In this document: one piece after another, positions 32,101 through 46,920 of the stretch
Numbering within the stretch: the first letter of the stretch is position 1
How the letters are laid out: each line of letters begins with the position of its first letter
Assembly (NCBI RefSeq): GCF_009914755.1
Contig: NC_060931.1
DNA length: 64,000 bases
From: the human T2T-CHM13v2.0 reference genome, Homo sapiens
Reading direction: 5' to 3' (one strand)
Position numbers and translations under genes: made by a program
Notes under the pieces: model-generated
Databases searched by the model: none
What the model was told of the DNA's origin: nothing
What the model saw: only the letters and a program-made list of their open reading frames with translations

Positions 32101-35100
32101 AGCACTAGTGACATATAATCATGAACACTTGCCAGCCTTTGAATATGAAGATGTCACTATCATCATTCTTCAGGCATGTTTTGAAAGTTTTGTTTTGTTT
32201 TGGCTCAGTTTGGTTGATTTGGTGTGTGGTTTTTGTTTGTTTGCTTGCTTGCGTTTTCCATGAACTTTCATGGATTTGTATTGACCCATCCACATTTACT
32301 TTGTCCTCTTTAGACCAAAAATGGGCTTTAGTGTGGGATCATCAATGAAAAATGTGTATTAATTATAATTTGTCTGTTCAATATGTGCCACTAAGTCTTT
32401 TATAAAGAAGAAGTTATATTGCCAGAAAGGCAATGAATGAATCTTGAATTTCTTTTGTCCTTGTCCTGTTCTGACATCTGCAACTCTCATGGCAGAATTC
32501 GGTAAAACTGAATTCAGAGTCCTAACCAGAGCGTCAGTAGATCAGATGGAGTCAAAGAGACAAGGAAAGAATTGGGAAGCAATGCTGTGGTCAGTTGGGA
32601 AATGGGCAACTCCAGTCACACTCAGAAAATGGAAGTGAAAATTGGGGCCAGGATCATCTTAGAAGCACCAACAAAAGCATATTGGTAAAATACCCAACAA
32701 TAAAGATCACAAAAATTAGCCACACATGGGATAATCATGACACAATAAAGTTATGAATCACCTCTACATTAGGGTATGTGAGCAATTCTGTAGCTATTGG
32801 GAAACATCCCTCTGTTTTCTTGAGTCTTACTCCCTGAGACTAGTCTCATAACACTTCAAAATGAAATTGTCTGAGCCAAGAAGGAACAGAGTCGAATAGA
32901 ATAGACAGGTGTATTTTGGTGTCAATGATTATACCATTAAAGTTTTCATAAATATCTTTTTACTATTATCATTATTTTCTCCTCAGCAGACAGCACCAGT
33001 TCCAGAAGTTGTGTGATATAATTGAAATTGATTTTTCTTTTTAAGCAGTGTATTTGACATTTCTTCAGCGAGGCTCCAGCTCTCTTCCTTATGCTCACCC
33101 CCAAATCTGTGGTGAAGAAAATATGACTTCAGTCCATCTCATCCTTAATATAGCTTTGGCCTTCCTCATCACAAAACCCTTACAGCCTAAAAGGTCATGG
33201 GCAGCATTTACGAAGCCTGGGATATGCTACAGGAGAGGCAGTCATGCTTATGTTCTCACAGTCGTGATAAAACATGGGGTGGCCCAACTCAGGACTAATT
33301 TGGGGTAGTTTTCTCTGGATTTAGCTTTTGAATGTTTTTTGGGACCTGAGAAGGCCCCAAAAAGAAAGAAAGAAGGTAGTTTTCTTTCTTTCCTTCATTA
33401 CCTATAGTTTTCTGTTACCACTTGAAACAATACATCCAATACAACCTATTACAGATTAAGATTAAAATATCTTTTCTATGGCACTATCTGAAACTTATGC
33501 TTTAGCTGCTTTTCAAATGCCTCTAGTTCATGAAATGGGAAAGAAACATTTTCCATGACACGACGGTATCACCATCTGTTTTCAAGGAGGACGACTGCAC
33601 GCCTACACAGCAGATTTTCTCTGTGTTGTATTCATGCAGCGAAGAGCTGCACTTCTGAGTGGTTTCTTGTGTAAGCTCATTCATGCTTCTTACCTTGGAG
33701 ACTTCATCAGACTCTCAGCCAAGTCAAGGTCAGGAAGCACCTGTCCTGATGCTTCTTTTCTGTATATGTTTCTCTGGGGTTCTCCACAGCCTCATGGAAC
33801 ATATTCCTTTTAATCTCTATCGGAATCATGTATGTTTCATTATTTGCAGATGAAAAGAAAACCATCTTCACAAACAGAGAAGGACCTTTTTATTTAATAA
33901 GGCTCTGATCGCCTGATTGATTCTGAAGTGCTTGCTCTGGGCTCTATCTGAATGAGTCTTACATAGAGAATAAGAATCTTTCCTATCATTTTCTCCCTTA
34001 TTTTCTACCTTCCTTTTATTTTTCCTTTCTCTCTTTCATTTTCTCCTTTCCCTGCTTTCTTATTCTGTCTGTTTTACAGCCAGTCCTTCCCGCCCCAGAT
34101 TACCCATTCATCCTCATGATGAAACCTTTTCATCCTTGTGACTCTCAGATTTGTTCCAAGTCACTGTTAATGCATTTATCACTTCTGACATAAGGTGGTA
34201 GACTTTTTTAGCTTATACTTTCCTCCCCTTTGCAACTCCCTTCACTAATGGCAAAGAGTGACAACTAGTGATTACAGAAATCTTGAAAATGCCACTGGGA
34301 ACTCAGCAACAAGAGGTGCCTCATCAAGACTAAGACGTAGATTTAAGATTGGATCCCCAGCGGCTCCCCTCCCCATCCCTTTTATCCCCACTTTACTAGC
34401 AAAACCTAAGTAACCTCTTTTTACTTCCTGACCTGGAGGTTCTAAACTGAAATCTTCAACCAGCCCAAGGGTGCACGTGGCCCTGCTCAGTGCTTTTACG
34501 CCATCCTCCCACAGTCTGTCTATTTTGAAGTGAGCGCTATGTTATTTCTGTACCAGGCAAAAACCTTTTTGTATAAATGGAGATATAAAATTTGTAGGTG
34601 CTACATAATATGCTTAAAAAAAAGCTTCAATATGTTTTTACTTTACCATCCTGCTCCCTCTGCCTCGTCCTTCCTCTGTCCTTTTATGCATTGTGTTGCC
34701 CTGTGTCTCTTTCTTCATTTTTGGACTTGCTTCAGTGTGTGGCTGCATTCAGAGTGGAGCTTAGGGAATGACTGATCACCTCAGACCTTCAGGGTCTGCC
34801 TGTCCAGCAGAGCTCAGCTTTCACTAGATCTCAAGAGTCCAGGGGTGACCATAGAGCAGGATTATGCTGGGCAAAATAGCTAATGGCTTTTATTTTGCAT
34901 GGTAAAGAATTACAAAGGTAGGTCCATATCTTAACTAGTTTGTGACTCATTCAGCAAATGTTTCTTTTGTATCTCGTATGTACCTGGCTGTTCTAGTTCT
35001 CAAGATATACAGAGAATAAAACAGACAAGTGTCCCTTCACACACACCTTCACACTTTAGAACATATTTTCATAATCTCTAAGGCATCAGCAGTTTTTATA

Positions 35101-36136
35101 AGCAACTGTAGCATCTTTTGGAAATAAAATTCCCAAATTTTAATTACTGTAAGCATCTTACTCAGTTTTATGAGGCTTTTTAAAAAGAAATGGGTGCTGT
35201 AAAAACTGAGTTGTAACTTTTTATGTGAGTGGAACAGCATTTCTCTCCGCATTTGCTTTCTCCTATCAAGAGAGAGAGAAGGAAAGAAAGAAAGAGAGAG
35301 AGAGAGAAAGAAAATGAAACGTGTTTGGATTTTTGCCACCTGGTTATGGTTAGTTCTTTATTTTAAAATCACTTTCAAAACAGATCAGACATTACATTGT
35401 TAAAAACAATTTTCACTGTAGGTATTGAATATCATACTGCGCTTGTAGTAATAACTGATAGATATCTAGAATAATCTTCATTGTGGACTGAAACTAGAAA
35501 GAACTGTCAATCACTGAGTTTAACTTTAAACACAGATGATTTGAATTCATGTTAGCAGCGTGAGGAAGCCGAGAAGATGGAACAGTGCTGCTTGGAGAAA
35601 AGATGATAGGATTACCTCTGCAGTTTGCCGTTCTTGCTAGTTGTTTGAGTCACTAAATCAAGGCAAAGTTTGTGAAAAGCCTGTGGCTGGGGTCTCCAAC
35701 TCTTCATTCCTGCTGAGATTTTCCTATTATAAATCTGCTGTCAGAAATAAGTGCTTTACTTGTGACTTAATTCTATGCAGGCACAAACACCTTGGTTCAA
35801 CACTTTGACCAGACGGCCCTGACTGTCTTGAGAGAAACAGAGATCTCATTAATATGGGCTGCTACAAAGAAAAGGGGTTCCCATGCTCTCCGGTCGTCAT
35901 TCACTGCTCTGGAAACAGCCCTGTGAACGCTGAAAGAAAACATGAACTCCAAGGCAGCAGTAGGGCCGGGATATTGAGGGAGGGAAGGATATTAGGGAAA
36001 AGGGAGTATAGGCCTTGTGGATTCAAAAGCATTGTCATTCTCAAAACAGGCAATTCCGTGTTTTAATACTTCCCATGTCACCTGGTTTTAAAAATTGGTT
36101 ATTTAAAAATCTGCTATTATCATAATTAGCTAGATC

Positions 36137-36333
36137 CACACTATCTAGTATGGGAGCCACTGGCCACATGAGGCTATTTAAAGACAATTAAGGTCAAATA
36201 AAATTTCAAACCCAGGTCCTCAGTTTACGCTAGCCTCACTTCAAGTGCCCAGTTGCCACGTGTGCTTCATGCAACTGTATTGGACAACATGGAGCATTTC
36301 CATTGACACAGAAAGTTCTCTTGGGCAGTGCTG
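36137..36333. mobile_element. MER3 (hAT-Charlie MITE)
   Basis: agccactggccacatg...tcctcagt...tcaagtgc...cagaaagttct..tgggcagtgctg. Confidence 0.7.
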
Positions 36334-36508
36334 GTGTAGACAGTGCTTATAGAATCTCTTGGTCTTTGGCCACTCATCACTTTTACAATGATCAGGCATT
36401 TAAGGGCATAAGCAATAAAAGCTGAATGCTAAAACTCAATGACATTTCCATTTTTAATATTCTGACTTTATGTTAAATGTCTTCTTGTTTAAAGATGTAT
36501 GGACAATG

Positions 36509-36866
<358 letters not shown>

Positions 36867-37029
36867 TCATATGTCAGTGCTATGCAACATGTGCTCCCCG
36901 GAATGGGTCCAGTCCACAAACTATTAGTTATCAGTCTATAGTGAAGCAAATAAATCAAGAGTAAGCCTTTACAAATTTTTATAGGGATTTAACATTGCTG
37001 TGACTTCCAGGCATTCGTGCTGGTTTTGA

Positions 37030-37160
37030 TAAGTATGTGAGGTGATGGATATGTGAATTAGCTTGGTTTGGTCATTCCACAATATGTACTTGTATGAAAA
37101 TACCATGTTGCCCACGATAAAAATACACACTTTGTCATTTTTCCATTAAAAAATAATTTT
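37030..37160 (+). mobile_element. L1MA extreme 3' end fragment
   Basis: gataagtatgtgaggtgatggatatgtgaattagcttg...cattccacaat. Confidence 0.65.
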
Positions 37161-37204
37161 TAAAACAATTTGCAACAGATTGGAAATTTTGATTTATTTT
37201 ATGA

Positions 37205-37470
37205 ATTTTTTTTTTTAAAGACAAGATCCCACTCTGTCACCCATGCTGGAGTACAAAAATGCAGTCGTAGCTCGCTGCAGCCTTGACCTCCTGGGTGCAA
37301 GCAATTCTCCCACCTCTCCGGAGTTAGCTGGGACTACACACTTAGCTAATTTTTAATTTTTAATTTATTTTATTTATTATTTTTAGAGACAGGGTCTCGC
37401 TGTGTTGCCCAGGCTGGTTTTCAAACTCCTGGCCTCGAGCAATCCTCCTGACCCAGCCTCCTAAGTGGTG
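37205..37470 (-). mobile_element. AluJ, degenerate with internal deletion
   Basis: Both antisense Alu arms recognisable (ctgcagccttgacctcctggg; gagacagggtctcgctgtgttgcccagg). Confidence 0.85.
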
Positions 37471-38244
37471 GCAATTTAAAACAAGAAATAAACTTGCCCT
37501 TCACCACAGAGAGGTGAGAAGCAAAGATGTATGAAAATGTTCACTTTCGGAAACACATTAACCAGCTCACGTAAAAATTTCAAACAGGACCAGCTTACGT
37601 GCAAGGAACGAAAGCTCAATTCAGGAAAAAGCTATATTAAATGTATAATTACTTGACATGACTGTGAACATAGCCTACAGTAGTTTTCTCATTCACTCTT
37701 AATGCATGTTAAGGATGTTAATGCCAGGTGCTCTTTCCTATAAATCTGGCTCCACTTTTATGTAACATTCTTTATCTTAGGGATCTTTGACCAGAGTGGG
37801 AGGAACAGGTGCCTGTTACTGAGAGTAACATGGTGTTTGTTTATTACACTTGGCTAAGTTTGGAAGGTTTGTGCTTTAGCTTATAAAAGTAGCTACTACT
37901 TGCAGAGTACTACAGTATTTGAATTGAAAAGTGTTATGCTTTACTGTATCTCCATACAAAGAAGAGGTTTCCCTGTGATGTGATTGACAGTCTATAACAG
38001 GAGTATTCCTAGCCATGTTCCAGTTTCTTCTCTGGGTACCTGGCCACATTTCAATGCACTCAGCCCACAGAGACCAGAGGCTATGTGGCACGTGTATGTG
38101 GAGTTGCTACATAAATAATACGTAGTATTAAGTGCTTATTTGCTAGCTTCTCTGACTAAACTCAGAGCTCTGCAGAGAAGGTGGCTGTACTTAGCCACCT
38201 TTGCTATCTCCCTCGACTTACACAACAGGTGCTCAATAAGACCC

Positions 38245-38736
38245 TTCTTTTTTTCTCTTTTTTTTTTTTTTTTATTATACTTTAAGTTCTGGGATACATG
38301 TGCAGAATGTGCAAGTTTGTTACGTAGGTATACATGTGCCATGGCTGTTTGCTGCACCCATTAACCGGTCATCTACATTAGTTATTTCTCCTAATGCTAT
38401 CCCTCCTCTTGCCCCCCACCCCCGACAGGCCCCAGTGTGTGATGTTCCCCTCCCTGTGTCCATATGTTCTCATTGTTCAGCTCCCACTTATGAGTGAGAA
38501 CATGCAGTGTTTGGTTTTCTGTTCCTGTGTTAGTTTGCTAAGAATGATGGTTTCCAGCTTCATCCATGTCCCTGCAGATGACATGAACTCATTCTTTTTT
38601 ATGGCTGCATAGTATTCAATGGTGTATATGTGCCACAATTCCTTTATCCAGTCTATCATTGATGGGCATTTGGGTTGGTTCCAAGTCTTTGCTATTGTGA
38701 GTGGTGCTGCAATAAACACACGTGTGCATGTGTCTT
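38245..38736 (-). mobile_element. 5'-truncated L1PA (approx. L1PA7/8) 3' end
   Basis: Poly-T then ttattatactttaagttctgggatacatgtgcag ... gctgcaataaacacacgtgtgcatgtgtctt. Confidence 0.9.
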
Positions 38737-39318
38737 CATTTAATTGGCTATTGGAACTACATGATGCAGTTAAAAACATAGTTAATAATCAAGTCCATCA
38801 TTCAGTTCATTTAACACGATACCAAATCACTGCTTTGACATCATTATTTTGCTTCATCTGGTAGTTGTGTAGCCCTGGACATGCTGAGTTTAAACTTCAG
38901 CTTGGTCAATGGCTTGTTGAATAATCAGGAAACTCTGATTCCAAATTATTGATATTTCTTAGCTCTAAAAACATAATCTTGGTTTGCAATAGGGGCAATA
39001 TAATGAATAAATGATTGTAAAATACTTCACTATGAAATGAGGCTAAAATATTCCTTATGTGAAATATTACTACCAGAAATTCCCCAGCACTCATTGGAAC
39101 TTTCTGTAAGACATCTCTCTGTCAGAGGAAGTTGTGAGTTGCTGCTTAGAAATTCAGTATCAGTGGCATTTTTGTAAACCTGGCATTTGGAAAGTGAATT
39201 TCAGAACAATCTTCTTCCTCCACCCCACCCCAACCCTCCATTTATTTGTATCACAAAACTGCCCCTAAAGTCAATATCCCCCTCCCTAAAATGAATACAT
39301 TGTCCAAGATCTTTATCC

Positions 39319-39349
39319 CCTCCTCCTCCTCCTGCTGCTGCTGCTGCTG
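39319..39349 (+). repeat. Compound (CCT)n(GCT)n trinucleotide tract
   Basis: cctcctcctcctcctgctgctgctgctgctg. Confidence 0.85.
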
Positions 39350-39861
39350 TTTGCTCATCAATGCAGGATTTCAGAGTTGTTCGTCCTCCAGAAGCTCCCA
39401 CTCCCTTGGTCTTGTCTGAGAAGTTCTTGATTGGGCTCCCATCCATCAGAAGAAGGAGGAATTTCTGGCCCTATAGACATGCAGGTGCTCTTGCAGCCCA
39501 TGATCTTGCATGAACTGGAGATGTCAGGATTGGGGAAGTGACTCCTGCAGCCTGAAGCCTTTGTTGGGAGGAGCAGTCGGAGCCAGGAAGCACATCTGCA
39601 GCAGGAAAGTGTTTGCTGATTGTGGGATTTATAAGAAAGGACACACCCGGGAGTAGGCTCTGAAAGGGGTGAAGAGCTCCATCCCCAGGATCACAGAACT
39701 TGTCCTTCTGGCTTTGATCTTTAAGCCACATTTAAACTCACAGGAAATACCACCACTCACGAGAGCCTTCACTGGGAGAAAGTATAGGCTGGGTGTTATC
39801 CAGCTCGTCACAATTGCAGGTGTATGTCTTCAGTGAGTGAGTGGTTCTATATGTCATAGGT

Positions 39862-40056
39862 CAGAGTTTCCTAATCTTGGCATTATTGGTATTTTGGGCT
39901 GGTTAAGCCTTTGCTGCCAGAGCTGTCCTGTGCATTGTAGGATATTTAGCAGCATCTCTGGCCTCTACCCATGAGATACCAGTAGCAACCACCTACAGAT
40001 GTGACAACCAGAACATCTCCAGATTGAACATTGCCAAATGTCTGGTTGAGAACCAG
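39862..40056. mobile_element. MER20 (hAT-Charlie)
   Basis: ctgtcctgtgcattgtaggatatttagcagcatctctggcctctaccca...tgtgacaacca...ggttgagaacca. Confidence 0.8.
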
Positions 40057-40185
40057 AACCATAGAAAGACTCTCAAAGGATTCTAGATGTGCCATTATTT
40101 CTCAGAAAAATCTAGTAACTTTCTTCTATGATTAAGAAAATTATATGATTAAGAAAGGTAAATGATTAAGAAAGGTATGCTTTAC

Positions 40186-40460
40186 AGCCAGATGCAATAG
40201 CTCACAAGTGTACTCCTAGCGTTTTAAGAGGCTGAGGCAGGAGGATCATTTGAAGTCAAGAGTTCAAGACCAGCCTGGGCAACACAGTGAGACTCTGTCT
40301 CTACAAATGTTTTTTTTAAAACATTGGCCCGGAAAGCTAAAGAAGAAGGATGGCTTGAGCCCAGGAGATCAAGGCTGCAGTGAGCTGTGGTCATGCCACT
40401 ATACTCTGGCCTGGGTGACAGAGTGAGACCCAATCTCTTAAAAAAAAAGAAAAGAAAAGG
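40186..40460 (+). mobile_element. AluJ with partial right-arm deletion
   Basis: ggcaggaggatcatttga...ggatggcttgagcccaggag..caaggctgcagtgagctgtg; A-rich tail. Confidence 0.88.
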
Positions 40461-40689
40461 AAATGTATACTTTATGTTGTAACCAAAAAGTATGTTTAAG
40501 CACCCACTTGTTTGAGACACTCAGTTGAGTTCTAAACAAATCAATCAAAAATTGTATCTCTAAACATGAATTTTCTAAGCTAATTGACAAATTTTTGCCT
40601 TGTAGAGAATCTGAAGATAAATCATATTCAGAATACATTGACAAAAAGTTGACATTGATTCTGTCCCAAAATATGCCTTAATGAACTTG

Positions 40690-41480
40690 TCTGTTAATTC
40701 CATGTGCAGAAATTGAGTATCTACTATTTTCCAGGCATTTGACCAGGAAGGAAGAAATAAAACACGATTATGGCCCTTGAGGAGTTTTAAGCATAGCGAA
40801 TGCTATCATTTGGCATACAAATGACAAATAGGTGGGCTGGTCTACATAGAGGAGAAGCAGCTAAATCAAACTGAGGGGTCAGGGTAAATGTTCTGGGGAG
40901 GTAAACTTGAAGCTATGCTTTGAAGGATGAATAGGAGTTAAGTGAATAAAGAAGCAAAATCAAGGGCACTGCAGGTAGACGGAGCAGTGGGTACCAAGGC
41001 TCAGAGGAAGGAAGTGGCACAATGTGGAGATCTGTGAGAGGCTATGAATGCTTGAGTGAAGGCGTCATGTGGGGCTGGGGTAGGGAGTGAGGGGCAGATC
41101 TTGCAAAGCTTTGGGTTCTGAGCCTGAAGGCACAGTGGAGATGCAATGGCAGAATTTTAGCAGGGGCACAACAGGGCCTTTTAGCAACTTCTTCCAGCAA
41201 CATTGGAAGGGTTCAGACCAGCAAGCTAGGAGGCAGCAGCAGTAATTCATGTGATAATTGACAAAGACCTAAATCAAGGCCATGTCAGTAGGTTAAGGAG
41301 GAGAACGGGGAAGGAAATCTTTCAGAGATTAAGAAGGTCAAATCTATAAACTGATTGAATGTGGTGACTTGACATAGAGGAGACATTTCTGACAGATCCC
41401 AGGATTCTAGCTTAGATGACAGTGACTGGTTCTCAATCCCAAAGTTAGGATCCAGGAAGAAGATTAGTTTGGGGAAGAGA
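40690..41480 (-). mobile_element. L2 fragment
   Basis: Purine-rich antisense L2 motifs (tttgaaggatgaataggagtt, gggcagatcttgcaaagctt, ctgattgaatgtgg). Confidence 0.6.
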
Positions 41481-41484
41481 ACAA

Positions 41485-41740
41485 TGAGACAGTATGGTGG
41501 AGTAGTTAAAACCTTCAATTGTAAAATTAAATTAGACCTGGGTTTACATACCGGTTCTATTCTTTACAACTACATGAACTTTCTTGGACTCATTTAACTT
41601 TGCTAAGCCTTGATTTCCTCACCTGTTAAATGGTGCTATTAATAGAACTTACTCATATATTATTATAAGAATTCAATGAGAGAATCATTGAGAAGAACAA
41701 TGCTTAACACCTAGTAAGTCCTTAACACATGTTAGCCAAG
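41485..41740 (+). mobile_element. MIR
   Basis: agacctgggttt...aagccttgatttcctcacctgttaaatgg...taatagaacttactcat. Confidence 0.7.
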
Positions 41741-41981
41741 TTAGCAGCATCCCCGAGCCCAGGAAGTCCAACTGCAAAGTTGATATTCCTAACCATTTTA
41801 ATACACTACCTCCTTGGGGCAATTGCATGTAGATTAAATGGTTGAAATATAGATTCCCCTAAGCGGACTTGTGCAGTGTAAGGATAAAAAACTAGGCAAA
41901 GGTTAGATCACAGGAGATCATATATTGTAAGCTAGGGACTTTGGCCTTTATGTTGTTTGTGAAATGAGAAAATGCTGGAAT

Positions 41982-42283
<302 letters not shown>

Positions 42284-45200
42284 AAATGCTGGAATTTTAA
42301 GCAGGGAGATGGCATGTCCCAATTTTTATTTCAGAATGCTGACATCAACAGACAGGGATGACCTACCAGTGTAGGAAGGCAATGGCCAGAAAGACCCACC
42401 AGCCTTCTTTTTCTTGTTTTCCTCCTAGTGTATAGAACACTTAGTTGACAAACTTGATTTGTCTACTTCCGAGTAAAAGAGAAGGAAAAGAGTGATAGAA
42501 ACTTGAGGTGTTTCAAGTATGTCAGCATGGAATATCCTTTCACTCGGTTGGCCACACAGCTGCAGATAATGTGGATCCAGAAAGTTTGACTCCTCCTTAA
42601 AAGGACAATAGTTGATACCGTGCAGAGCAGGTAAGGAAGCTCCTTTGCAGATGAATACAAGCAGCCAAGCCTGTGGGACCAGAGCAGGCACCAATCCAGA
42701 TAATAAACCCTGTTCAGCATCGTCTAGACCTGTTTGAGTGATTTGGTTTAATTAGCCTTTCCAAGAAAGAATCTTCAAGTTTTAATGGTGCATAGTTATG
42801 CTTGTAAACGTCTCCGCCAAGCATGGGCTCTAGAAGTGAGGATTTGATGGGTCACAGTGGCTTGGCTGGAAGCCACAGGGTAGCTTTAATAACTTTGTAT
42901 AATCTAATGATGTCATGCAAACAGAAAAATTTGGATTAGAAGGGGAATAAGTAAATGAGGTAGTAGCATGCTCGACAGGTGAAGATGGCTGAGAGTGTGT
43001 CAGGTAATCCTCTGCCTAGACATATTTCTCCTTCAAATCTCATTGGAATTGGGGCTTCTCTTGGTCTCTATGACAATATTACTACCACAGCATGGGTAGT
43101 GGAGAGAGCACTGGAGAGAGAGTCAGCAGGTCTGATTTCTAATCTGAGCTCTTCCATCAGCTGGCTGTGCAAGTTTAGGGGCCCTTCAACTTCATGGATG
43201 GCAATGGCTCATCCATTCAGTGAAAAAACTAACCAAGGTAATTAAGAAGGAGGATGGAGAAAAGAAGAAGAAAATAATAATTTCCACTTACCTAGTTTTT
43301 TATTTAATTTGCTGAACAACATGCTATGTGGTTTGCACACTTGATCCTTCCATCTCATGACAATAACTTCCATAGCCATCTCTCTGGATTTTTTTCAGCT
43401 ATTTGTTTTCATGATTCTGCATTTATGTGAAGGCACTGGGAACAATATAGAATGGCAGAAGTTGAATACAAATCCTCCCTGTATAGTAGGAGGTAATATT
43501 TTGAAACCTTGAAGGTTCAAACAGTGGCCAGGGACAGAGGATGAGGTTGGCACATATGGTAGAAAACACGAATCTGGTTCTGTTTCCTTTCTCCTCTGTC
43601 CATCCACCTGAAGACTGCATTATGGCCAGGGCTAAAGCTGTAGCCTGTTGGGAATATAGCTACCAGAGCATACTTATTTTAAATGTAGTTGTTTCCTTGC
43701 TCTCACTGCGCCATCAAAACTGAAGGCCTTAGCCTAGCTTCCATGCTTCCATCTAGCTTCCTGCCTTTCCTTCCCTTGCTCCCTCTCCACATGGTTTGTC
43801 TTCCCTTGACCTTGAATGTGTGCTGACTCTCTCCTGACTTCACACCCTCCTTCATGATGTGCCCAGGTTGGCTGAACCCACAAGTAAGCAGTCTGTTTTG
43901 GGGCCAGACATTGGTCTGAGAGCTGAGAGTAGAGAGAAAATTCAGTACTCAATTTTATTCACTATGTTTATTGGCCTTTAAAGAGAGAAGCGTGATGGGA
44001 GACCAGAGCATCTAACCTAAAGGATGTAGCTAGGAATGCCCTTTACTCTGCCCATCCTACCCTTACCTGCCCTTAAAGCTAAGCTCATGCTTGCAGCAAG
44101 CCCAGCTCCATCTGACTGCCCATTCTGATGACCCATAGCTTACACCCTCTTTCTAGTCTCAACAGGTCTAGGAGACTGTCTCACACAACTTGGAACCTTA
44201 TTTCATATTTTGTTGTTTGAACTATGTTTAGATGCTTTATGCTCCTCATTCCCAAATCCTATTGCAACTAAATAATAGCTGCTTCTGTGGGTCTTTCTAG
44301 CCCTTTGTTTCTGTGATTATTATTAACTGAAATACCTTCCTTCTCTTTCCTATTGCATAACTTTCTTCCTACCTTGCACATTTTTGTGGCTGGGTGGGCC
44401 ACTGGACACCAAGAAGCAGTAATTATTATCACAATTACCCTGCCTTAATAACTAACACGTTATAGCCTTTTACCACTGACAAAGCAGCTCTGTATCCATT
44501 ATCTCATTGTTTCACACAACAATTCTGTTATGTAAGGAGCACAGAAATTAGCATCCCTCATTTACAGGTAATAAAGTAGATCTTAAAGAAGCTGAAGAAC
44601 TTATTGTTTACATGCCACATAACAAAATGTAGTGAATAAGACCATACTTTCCTGTGCTGTCTCTGGGGAAAAAAATAGGTAGATAATTTACCTACTACAA
44701 AATGTGTGATGGGAAACTATCCTCCTGGGTCATGGCACTACTAATTACCCAGGAATCCTTAGAACCCTCTTTTGACATCAGTTGAAACACTATTGACTTA
44801 TAATGCTGCTTCTCAACAGAGTTGAGTGGATCAAATAGCAAATGTGAATGACTCTATTTAACTTGGTATTTATCTTGGCATTTCAGGCCTTCCATTATTT
44901 CCTCTCTGATCTACCTGCCATTCACTGTTTACATCTTTGCACTGCTATATATTTGTACATGCTTCTTTCTCTTCCTGAAATGAAACTCTGCATTCTCCTC
45001 TCTACGTCCTTATTTAGGTCCCACCATTCTTCAAAATCCAACTCGAATTGAACTCCATAAAAAATCCACTTCCCTTTCTTCCCTCTGCCCTTGTCCTATC
45101 TCCACCACTTGTTAACCTCACCCCTATTTAATTTTCAGAGCACATCTCCAGGCATTCTCTCTTCTGATGTAGATATTTACATACATTTGTCGTTTCCCTG

Positions 45201-46369
45201 CATGAATGCCAAATTCTTTGGCTTCAAGCTTTTTTCTTGATTCATTTGTGTGGCCATCATAAAGTTTAGCCTATGCCTTCAATATACCGCGTTTTGAAGA
45301 ACATGTGTTCAATTATAATGAATAGAAGAATTATTGTTAAAGGGGGCAATTTAGGTTGGATTGAGGACACCCAGCATGAAACTGAAATGACTGAGAACAG
45401 GCAAAAAATTCATGACTGCATGCTCTAACCACTAGACTATTTTCCATTCTGAATAGGACAATAGTGGTCATTATTTTGTTGCCACAGTTTCATTCTCACA
45501 CTCACACTGAGCCTTTGAAGTGAAATCTCTCCTAGCACCACTGAGGTTGGGAGGATTGCTCACTATTTGGAGGGATTGTCAGTAGAAAGTTATGAACTCT
45601 CTGGTGAAATGCTGCTCAGTTTATTCTCTAGAGATTCAGATTCTTTTGACCAACCTGATGTTTCAACAGCTTGAAAAACGAAGGAAAGAACCATGTCTGT
45701 CTAGACTGACCAGAAAGTAAAAACAAGGGATACTTTGAAATCTGACCACAACTGAGAGTTGTACTTAGTCCAAGTAACTGGAAAATCAGTTTCTTGGATT
45801 AGACAAATGCTTCCCTTAAGACTCTCAAACTACTAGCTTTCTTCTTTTATAATTAATAGAAAATTATTACACTGACAGACAAGAGACTTCATATTTGAGC
45901 CAATGGGAAAACTTGACGTTGAAACCAGGGGAAATAATTTAGCCTCAAATAGAGTTGTTAATGCCAGGATAAAAGCAAACAAATGTGCTAATGATCTTCC
46001 TTGAGAATCTGACTGTGATGAATTTTGATGAATTCCCAGATGGAAAATATATCAGTTCTCCCTGGGCTGGGAATTGGACACTAGAATGAGAAAATGGTGA
46101 AATGGGAGTCAGCAAAAAGCACTCCGAAGATCTTATTTCCATTTTCTAGAGAACAAGAATTCTAAAGAGATAGATAATTCCCACTTCAAAGAACCAGATC
46201 TGTGTGGTTGTAAGCATCTATGACAAAGTTGGTGGTGGGCATGAGGCAGGGGGATGTCCTGATTTCCATCATAGAATCTGCCATTGCTCTGCTGGCCTAT
46301 AGAATTGATGAGAGGGGAGAGTTTGATACAGCAGCTGCCTTGATATTCTCCTGTGCAGTCATGTTATCA

Positions 46370-46920
46370 CCCAACAAACATTCATTGCCATCTCCCATAT
46401 GCCCAGCCCTTTCCTAGGCATATGGCAAAGAAGAGAGACAGTCTTTGCTATTGTGGAATTCTCATTCTAGTGGGTCTAGAATTCTCATTCAATTCCCACC
46501 ACTAAAATATGAACAGACAATAAATACATGCATAAATAAATGTAGAAGGTCAGATAGTAGTCAGTACTATGCAATTAAAAAACAAGTGAAGGTGAAGGGA
46601 AAACAAGTGCCATGTGCCAGGGCACAATGGATGGTGGTATGTTGCTATATTAACTGGGGTTGGAAGAGGGGAGGCCTCACAGATGATGTGACATTTGAAT
46701 AAGGACCCTAAAGACATCATGGAGAAAGATGAATATTTGGATAAAGAGTATTCCAGGTACAGGGAATACCAATGCAAAAGCTGTGAGGTGTGAGTTCTTG
46801 ACAACATCAATAAATGTCCAAGAAGTTAGCTTGATTGAAGTAGAGTCAGCAAACCAAAGAGTGGTAGCCCATGCATTATGAGATAGAGCTGGACACATGG
46901 CGTGGTCTTGTGCTGGGGAA
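46370..46920 (-). mobile_element. L2 fragment
   Basis: aacaaacattcattg...ggaggcctcacagatgatgtgacatttgaataaggacct...ttccaggtacaggga. Confidence 0.6.

Noticed and set aside
39201-39446. ORF with poly-Ala/poly-Gly
   Set aside because: Produced by the (CCT)(GCT) tract; no other coding signal.
40127-40178. Three copies of atgattaagaaa (similar short tandems at 15627, 29094-29165 and 58259)
   Set aside because: Simple slippage duplications with no spacers; not CRISPR-like.
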